DNA of 64,000 bases from the human T2T-CHM13v2.0 reference genome, Homo sapiens: assembly GCF_009914755.1 (NCBI RefSeq), contig NC_060929.1; one strand, 5' to 3'. The notes below the pieces were generated by a model. That model was given only the letters and a program-made list of their open reading frames with translations, made no database searches and was not told the origin of the DNA. This document shows, piece after piece, positions 54,143-64,000 of this stretch. The position numbers were made by a program, and so were the translations under genes. The first letter of the stretch is position 1. The number at the start of each line of letters is the position of its first letter.

Positions 54143-54629
54143 TCAAGAGGCTGAGACAGGAGGATCACTTGAGCCTAGGAGGAGTTCGAGACTTCAGTGA
54201 GCTGTGACTGCACCACTACACTTCAACCTGAGTGAAGAGGAAGACTCTGTCTAAAAACAAACAATTATAGTACGTTTAGCAGTTGGTTGACTTACATCAT
54301 CCTACAAATACCTTTTATGAGGCAGTAACAAGAGAAGTCACAGAGCAGCACCAGTCTGCCTACCACACTTTGAGTAGTATAAAAGCAGAGCGTCCCACCA
54401 GATGTTGGTGTTAGTTCTCAGGGAGAATGCACAGTGCATGAGTGGCCTGAGGGAGGCCCCGATTCTGTTGCCTGCAGCTGCAATATCCCTTATTCAAGGC
54501 TCCAATCTCTCAGCTTACACAGCAAGCTACTGCACAAATATCACTTTCCGTGTTAGCAGAGACATGGAAGAATTGGAAAGCAACAGCTCACAACTTTGGG
54601 GCTACCAAACGAACCACCACAGTAGGTGA

Positions 54630-54954
<325 letters not shown>

Positions 54955-55015
54955 CTCTTCTTCCATCTTTTAAGGGAGAACTGTAAGGAAACTTTTTCCT
55001 ATATCAGTCTTGCTC

Positions 55016-55159
55016 TGGGTAAAGAAGAGAAAAGACTTTCCTGACAGTTCTTAGGCACAAGACATGGTGAAACCCTGTCTCCACTAAAAAATACAAAAAT
55101 TAGCCAGGTGTGGGTAAAGAAGAGAAAATACTTTCCTGACAGTTCTTAGGCACAAGACA
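55016..55159 (+). repeat. 49-bp direct repeat flanking a 46-bp internal Alu fragment
   Basis: 55016-55064 equals 55111-55159 with one mismatch; the insert is the Alu middle A-rich linker region. Confidence 0.93.
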
Positions 55160-58100
55160 GTCTTCCCCTAGGTTTGGACTCTAGAATTCACATTATCTGA
55201 CCAGGCAAATTCCCAACCAAGAAGTTAGTTTAATTCAGACTGACTATCTATTATCTGAAATGCATGGGACCAGAAGTTTCCGATTTTGGAATATTTGCAT
55301 TACACTTACCTGCTGAGCAAGCCTAACCCGAAAATACTTAACCTCTGTAACTCAAGGCTGACAGTGCTTCCAGGTCACACAAAACACATATTCTTCTGTA
55401 AATGCTGCAAATAACATTCCAACAAACAGGAAACCTCAATCAAAAAAATCTTAAGAGGCCAGGCGCAGTAGCTCATGCTTGTAATCCTGGCATTTTGGGA
55501 GGTCAAAGGGGGAGAATCACTTGAGGCTAGGAGTTTGACACTAGGCTGGGTAATAAAGGGAGGCCCTGCCTTTAAAAAAAAATTTTTTTTTGTTTTAATT
55601 AGCCAGGTATGGTGGGGTCCTGAAGGCTGAGGCAGGAGGACTGCTTGAACCCAGGAGGTTGAGGCTGCTGTGAGCCACAACTGCACCACCGCAATCCTGG
55701 GTGATGTTGCCTGGGATGTAGCCTGGGTGACAGAGTGAGACCCTATTTCAAAAAAAAAAAAAAAAAAAAAAAAAATCACGATAAAACCCAAGGGAAATAC
55801 ACTAATATAAGCAAAAGTGTACAGAATTAAAAGAAAAAAATTTTTTTGAGACCACAGGCATTAGAATTATTGGATACAAAATGTTTAAGCACACTTGAAG
55901 TAAAAGAGATTGTCAAAACTAAGACTAAGGAACAAGATGGGTCAAAAACAACCAAATGAACTTTTAAAACTAAATCATCTGACAAATTTATAGTCAGGAA
56001 CTCAGAAAGGTTATTGCATAACTAATCAAACATGGCTGGCAATAAACTGGTGAATGAGAAAATTATCTGTAAAAATTACCCAGAATGCACAGAGAGAGAG
56101 GAAGAGATGAAAAACATTAAAGAGATTAAAATACTTGGAAGATAAAATAAAAAGTGGTTAACTTACATCTAATTGGAATTACAAATGGAGAGAAAGACTA
56201 GGAAAGAATATAGAAAAAAAATGTCAAGAGATTCCCTAAAATTAATGAAAGATAACAATGTTCAGATTCAGGAGTCCCAAGAAACCCTAGTAAAGAAGAA
56301 TTCACAGTAAGATATATCTAAGTGAAACTGTAAACATGAAAGATAAAGAAAAACTCTTATGAGCAGCCAGAGGGAAAAAACTGCCTACAGAGATTAAGTG
56401 ATGACTACTCAAGGAGGTAGAATCAAAGATATTTTAAGATGAAGAAAAAAAACCCAAAAAACTCTCAGGCTGATTGTGGTGCCTCACACCTGTAATCCCA
56501 GCACTTTGGGAGGCTATTGCAGGCAGATCTCTTGAGTCCAGGAGTTTGAGACCAGCCTGGGCATCACAGTGAAACTCTGTCTCTACTAAAAAATACAAAA
56601 ATTAGCCAGGCATGGTGGCGTGCCTGTAATCCTAGCTACTCAGGGGGCTGAGGTGGGAGGACTGCTTGAGCCCGGGAGGTTGAAGGTGCAGTGAGCTGAA
56701 ATTGCACCACTGCACTCCAGCCTGGGCAACACAGTGAGACCCTGTCTCAAAAAACGAAAGCAAGAGGAAAACCTGTTTTTTTAGACCCACGCTAATGGAA
56801 ATTCTCAAAGATTTACTTTAGAAAGAATAAAAATGATCTCAGAATGAATGAATGTTGAGCAAAAAGAGTGGTAAATATGAAGGTAAACTTAAATAATCAT
56901 TGACCATATAAAACAAGTAATTGTGTCCAACAGTAATTGGTCACGGGGTTAAAAAAATCTGAGCTATCATATAACAAGAACACAAAATCAGGAGGACTGA
57001 TCAAGTTTAAAATATTTTAAGTCTATTGGTTAGGGGAATAAAACTAATGACTAACTTTAGACTAAGTGAAATATTCATGTTAAATTTCTAGAGGAACCAC
57101 TACCAGGTGGAAACAGAATATTGTATTTCTGCAGTTATAAAGAATGAAGTGGGAAAAATCTAAAGAAAACATAGACAGCTTCTGTTATTCACATTAAATG
57201 TGCTTTTCGTACCTTAGAAAACATACTGTGTGTGTGCATGTTTCAATTTTGGGTAAAACAGCAAAGTAATTGATAGATACAACATTTCTTTCTCTTTCAT
57301 GGCACATGAAACACAATCTGACCTTCCCTTTAGTCCAAGTTTAATGCTCAACAGTGTTGGACTTTTCTAGGACAAATTGTGGCATTTTATGTATCTACGA
57401 AACTACTGACATTTAAATGTCTTTAAATTAGATATAACATTGAAAAAAAAAAAAAAAGACAAACTTCCTCACAGAATCACCCCAAAGACAAAGCAACTTT
57501 ATTCTTTTTGTTTTGTTTTTGTTTTTTAACCCAACAGGGTTTACTGTTTCCCAGTAAGTGCAGTGGCAAGATCATGGCTCACTGCAGACTAGACTCAGAT
57601 GATCTTCCCACCTCAGCCTCCCGAGTAGCAGCTGAGACTACGCATGTGTGCCAGCATGCCCAGCTATTTTTTTTTTTTTTTGGACACAGGGTCTCACTTT
57701 GTCACCCAGGCTGGAGTGCAGTGGTATAAGCGTGGCTCACTGCAGCCTCAACCTCCCAGGTTCAAGCGATCCACCCACCTCAGCCTCCTGAGTAGCTGGG
57801 ACCACAGAAACCTGCCACCAAACCCGGGTAATTGTTCGCAGAGATGCTGGTCTCGCTATGTTGAGCTGGGGATGTTGAGGGTACAGTGAACTTTGATTGC
57901 GCCACTGCAAGTTTGTGCATCAAAGTTGAACAGTTAGTTGTATTTAGAGAACACAGTCCATATACCTTTCAGGGCAATACGGAATAAAAAATTGGGTTTA
58001 CTATAATGTAGGTAATAGCTCACTAAATGTGAGGTGATGGCCCATTGTGGTTTTGATTTGCATTTCTATGGTAGTCAGTGATGTTGAGCGTCTTTTCATA

Positions 58101-58317
58101 CGCTTTTTGGCCATTTGTATGTCATTTTTGGTAAAGTTTCTATTTAAGTCTTCTGCCAATTTTTAAATTGGATTATTTGACTTTTGTTGAGTTTTAAGAG
58201 TTCTTTATATATAGCTGGTCTCAAACTCCTGAGGTCAAGTAATCCTCTCCCCTCAGCCTCCCAAAGTGTTGGGATTACAGGTGTGAGCCACAGCACCTGG
58301 CTATTCCTTATTCTTGA

Positions 58318-58593
<276 letters not shown>

Positions 58594-59472
58594 TGAGGTC
58601 TTGCTATGCTACCCAGGCTGGTCTCAAACTCAGCTTCAAGTGATCCTCCCGCTTCAGCCTCCCAAAGTGCTGGGATTATAGACATGAACCACTGTGCCCT
58701 GCCGCTTGATTTCTTCTTAAACACTAGAATAAGACAGCTTATCCTACAATTCCTACCAACTCACTAGAATGGTGTAGACCACAGGGGAGCGAGGTGGTTA
58801 AATGTCGTATGAAAATTGTTAATTTTCTTGTAATCTTTAACTCACCAGGAAAGACAGCTATCACCATTTCCCATCTGCGTCCACTGGATCTTTTACATTA
58901 TTTTAATTTTAGTCATTTAACAAATAATTTCCATTAAAATAAGGGATAATGAAAAAGAATGATTAGAAACTTCTATAAATAAGAATTACAGTAATTAAAA
59001 AATTATAGTAAACCCGAATTTTTATTCCATATTGCCCTGACTTCAAAGGTATATGGACCATGTTCTCTAAACACAGCTAACTGCTCAATTTTGATGCACA
59101 AACTTGGAACATGCCCACCTCACAAATGCTGACTCCAGATTTGAAATATATCTCTAACAAGTTCTATCTGGTTCATCATTACTTCTGGTTCTTCTTCCTG
59201 CACTTGCAGGGTCAAAATACAATCCATAAAAATTTTTTCTGAAATGTCTGATGGCTCCTATTTTGTTAAAGAGATGGCCATCTTCTTTACTCCCTACCTG
59301 CAAAACATTTTCAATTTTAGATTTGGAATGTTTAATCTAATAACTCATTTCTACACCAACTACTTTTTTCCAATCACTTTTATATAAAGCATCTGTTTTC
59401 AGCATTTGTCCACTAATGAACCATATCAAGTATATTTTAGTGCACAAACTTCACAAAAGATGAAAGAATTCA

Positions 59473-59586
<114 letters not shown>

Positions 59587-61668
59587 CTACAAAAATAAGC
59601 TGGGCACGGTGGCACATGCCTGTAGTCCCACTTAGGAGGCTGAGGAGGGAGGATCACCTGTGCCTGGGAGGCAGAGGTTTGCAGTGAGCCAAGATTGTGC
59701 CACTGCACTCCAGCGTGGGCTAGAGTTCGAAACCCTTGCCTCAAAACAACAACAAAAAGGTGAAAGAATTCTGCCAAGTATCTGCTTAGCAAAATAGGAT
59801 ATTCTGGTTCTCCTCACAGAATATTATAAAACGAAGTCCCTTCTAGTGAATGACTAACTGAATGAGAATGGCATATTTCCTTTTTAATCCTTAGAAATGT
59901 ATTATGTATTGATTCTTCAGTTTGAAAAATTCATGTAGGACATTATCAGCTGAAGACTTGTAGCCTGAGATTTTCTGCTTATACAATTTCAACATTATCA
60001 TTGGTCTAGAGTGGTGCTTTCTGCATTCATCTTATGATATATCTGATAATTGGGAAACATTTTCCTGTGTCAACTTTCTTCTCCTTTGCTGGTATGGGCA
60101 GAGAATGAACAATTTTGCATTCTCAACTGTGTTGAAGGAAAACTAAAAGCCAACTATGAAGTTAGTGTCTCTACTTTCTTTTCTAGCTTTTTGAAAGAAG
60201 ATATGATACTTGGGCAATGCAATATCATCTAGTTATTTCACTACTGTACCACCCTTGTAGGTGATTCCAACATTCTTCCATTTTCCAATTATATTAGTCT
60301 TTAACATAGTTGGGAATACGTGATAGAGGAAATAATTCACAGAATGATAAAACAGCAAAATGTTTAAGATCCCATGATGTAAATCTTGCTAGATAGGATG
60401 AATTTTATTCCATTTTGAAAAATAAGGGAAATGTTTTCTTTGCTCTTTGGAAGGCCTCTAAGAAATAAAAGTCATGGAATGTCAATCCTTGTAACTAGAA
60501 CTACTCAAAAAAGAAACTCACTATTGGTTGGGTACAATAAACCCTGAAGGATACCATAAATTAATTAAAATGAAGTACTCTGTAACTTTTTCTTTCTTTC
60601 TTTTTTAAAGACAGGGTTTCACTCTGTCACCCAGGCTGGAGTGCAGTGGCTCAATCAAGGCTCACTGCAGCCTTGACCTCCCCAGGCTCCGGTGATCCTC
60701 CCACCTCAGCCTCTCGAGGAGCAGGGACCACAGGTGTATACCATGATGGGGGGTTAATTTTTGTAGAGGCAAGTGGATTGCTTCAGGTCAGGCTGGTGAC
60801 CTCAATTCCTGGGCTCAAGGAATCCACCCACATCAGCCTCCCAAAATGCTGGGATTACAGGCATGAACCACAACACCCGACCTCTGTAACTTTTTATACT
60901 CACGAAAAATAAATCCTTCATCATTTCTCAAATGTATTAACACTTCTTCAAGGAAAGGTATGAATATTCACACTGAGTGAGATGGGAAAAAAGCTAACCT
61001 TCTGTCAATTCAGTTTTTACTGTCAAGCTTTTACAAGCTTACTACGAATATTTTCGGAAGTGTGTGAATTTCGTAAATGTGGGTGAAACATTACAGACTT
61101 CTAAATATAAAACTAGGATAACCAGATATTCTGATAGTAACTTAAACAGAAGAGTGTTATGATTAAATTTACATTTCATAGAGACCATTATGCTTATAGT
61201 ATAAAACGGTTTGGGAATGGGCAGGATTGGGGAAGTAAGAGAAGCTATAAAGCCACTTTCATAAATCACAGCACTCTTTGCTCTCATCTACATGGTTATT
61301 GTTTAAACAGTTTTATTGTTTTTCCCATCAAAAAGGGTCATATTTCTTCAAGCCTATTTTCAAAGACATGCCTTGCCCATTTAATGCTGACTACCATACT
61401 AGTAGTGTATTTTATACTATAGCTTTTCCCAGAAATATGAATTCAAAAAATTTATTTTCATTTGATTGATTTCAACCACAGTGCTTCCCAATACTTTAAG
61501 CCCATGTGACCTCTGGAGCTCTTAAGTATCTATGTGAACACTAGACTACAAACTTATTTTAAGCAAAATTTTATGCTATTTTTTTCTGTAGCTCCAAGTG
61601 ATCAGATTCTAGTTTCCTTATAAAGGCTACTCATTAAAATTACACCAGTAACTTGATAACTGTACTAA

Positions 61669-62113
<445 letters not shown>

Positions 62114-63912
62114 CCATAGTTGTATTCTTTATTTTTCTATAAATAATTTAAAACATGTCTACTGAATGCTTGATATATGCCAGGCACTGTACTTTCTCTA
62201 GTTTCATCCATATTCACCAGCCACCTACTGAATAATGGCTAACATTGATAGAGATATAATATATGCCAGATACTGTTCTGAACACTTCACAAATAATGTT
62301 TTCTTTTCTTCATTTTATTAATAATACAGAGTCTCACTTTGCTGTTCACGCTAGTCTCAAAATCCTGGGATTAAAATCCTCCAGCCTAGGCCTACCAAAG
62401 TGCTAGGGTTACAGGTGTGAGTCACTGCCAGGTCCACCTTACAAATAATAGTGAATCCTCGAAACAACACAATGGAGAATGTAAAAACCTCCTGGGATAC
62501 TGATAATGTTCTGTTTTTGTTTTTAATTTAAGTGCAAGTTACACAGGTACACTCGGTTTATGACATTTCATTTTCTCTTACATGTGCAGTTTTCCTATGA
62601 GGCAAAGAAAATATTATCTTCAATTTATAGATAAAAAAACTAACAACAGACTGTTTGCCCAAGGTCACATGGCAGGTAATAGGAGGAGCCAGATTCAGCT
62701 TAGGTAGTCTGACTTCAGAGCCAACCCAGTCTCTATTATATCATGCAATCCAGATATTTGTCTTGGCTCAATACTTTTCCTTTGTCTAAAATGACCTTCC
62801 CTTGATTTTCAGAATGAAAGAACACGAAGTCTACCTCAAACTCCATAGTCAAAATCCTCCAATTTCCCATTTTAGTATTTCATTAAAACTTAATTATAAT
62901 GGCATAGTTATTTGTAGACTCATCTGTCTCCACCCTCATGCCCCAGAAGTGTAAACTCCCTGAAAGCAGGGACTATGCATATTGTAGATGCTCATAAAAT
63001 ATTAAATAAGTGAATTATTCCCTACAAATGCACTTTAATATAAAGTGTATACAAGACTAATATTCAAATAAAACAAAAAAAAACCCAAAGTTTATTTCAT
63101 TCATTTTATCTCTGTATGAATAAAAGCTGTACTGTACATGGCTTTCATGAAATACTAAGAAATGATATACTCAGAACAATCACTCTAATCCTGTATTCTG
63201 ACAGAGTGGTGTCATGGACAATTAATAGTCAAGCAACCTTTAATAAGTAGACTAAAGATCCATCCAAATAATACTAACATACTTCATCAATTACAACATT
63301 TATAAGCCTGAATGGTCTTCTGATTAACCTGATGATCTATGTCTCTGAGTAAAAATGTAGCTGATTTTTTTTTTAACAAATACATCTATTTAAACAGACA
63401 TATATTAGATATATACTCTAATCCAATTGCTTATATAAGCATGTCTATCTCTGGGATCTCTATTTTAACTCAATAATCTGTCTATCCCTGTACCAATACC
63501 ACATTTTTCTATTAATAATATTTTGGTATCTGATATTACAAGTCCTTCCTTATCATTTCTGCAAGACTTTCATGATATTTTTAGCTGAACACTCTCCTCA
63601 CTATATACATTAAAATCCCTTTATCAAGTTATACCAAAAATCCTATGAGATTTTTATTGGAGTAATGCTAAATATATATAGGAGATAATAATTTGATGGC
63701 ATTGGTTTTTCACTCATGAACACAGTCCATCTTTGTCATCTTTTATGACTTTTTTATCCTATTGTATTTTCTCTTCAAAGTGTTTTGAATACTTCATTTG
63801 TTTTATTCCTGCTTACTTAATAGATTTGGTGGCTATACATAAACAGGACTTATTTGAAATTTAATAATCTAATTCAATATTGATGAAACAAGAATGCTAC
63901 TGATTTTATCTG

Positions 63913-63914
<2 letters not shown>

Positions 63915-63952
<38 letters not shown>

Positions 63953-64000
63953 AGACGGAGTTTCACTCTTGTCGCCCAGGCTGGAGTGCAATGGCGCGAT
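63915..64000 (-). mobile_element. Alu 3' end with long pure poly(A) tail, truncated by the window edge
   Basis: More than 30 T followed by GAGACGGAGTTTCACTCTTGTCGCCCAGG. Confidence 0.88.

Noticed and set aside
55016-55159. Repeat-spacer-repeat layout resembling a CRISPR unit
   Set aside because: Eukaryotic intron, only two repeats, spacer is Alu, no cas genes

Overview
Human/primate genomic DNA, AT-rich and very Alu-dense, with no CpG island. It lies entirely inside the ZFR gene (zinc finger RNA-binding protein, DZF family) on the minus strand. Fifteen consecutive coding exons were reconstructed with consistent reading phases (reference exons 3-17; numbering is recalled). They encode the Ala/Gln-rich N-terminus, three C2H2 dsRNA-binding zinc fingers and most of the DZF domain. 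Exons 1-2 lie beyond the right edge and exons 18-20 beyond the left edge. Intron 11 hosts the MADE1-derived MIR579 hairpin, and intron 8 uses a GC donor. The most interesting unexplained structure is in intron 15. It holds a candidate stop-containing alternative exon (acceptor at 9053, preceded by two hairpins) whose body is collinearly complementary, 3 kb away, to the branch-point/3' splice-site region of exon 16. This suggests a long-range dsRNA splicing switch in a gene whose product binds dsRNA. Also noted: a ~550-bp near-identical inverted duplication in intron 5, a frame-preserving stop-free 693-nt exon 13-17 circle, and a templated Alu-fragment insertion with a 49-bp duplication. Repeat coordinates are approximate and repeat family calls were made by eye.
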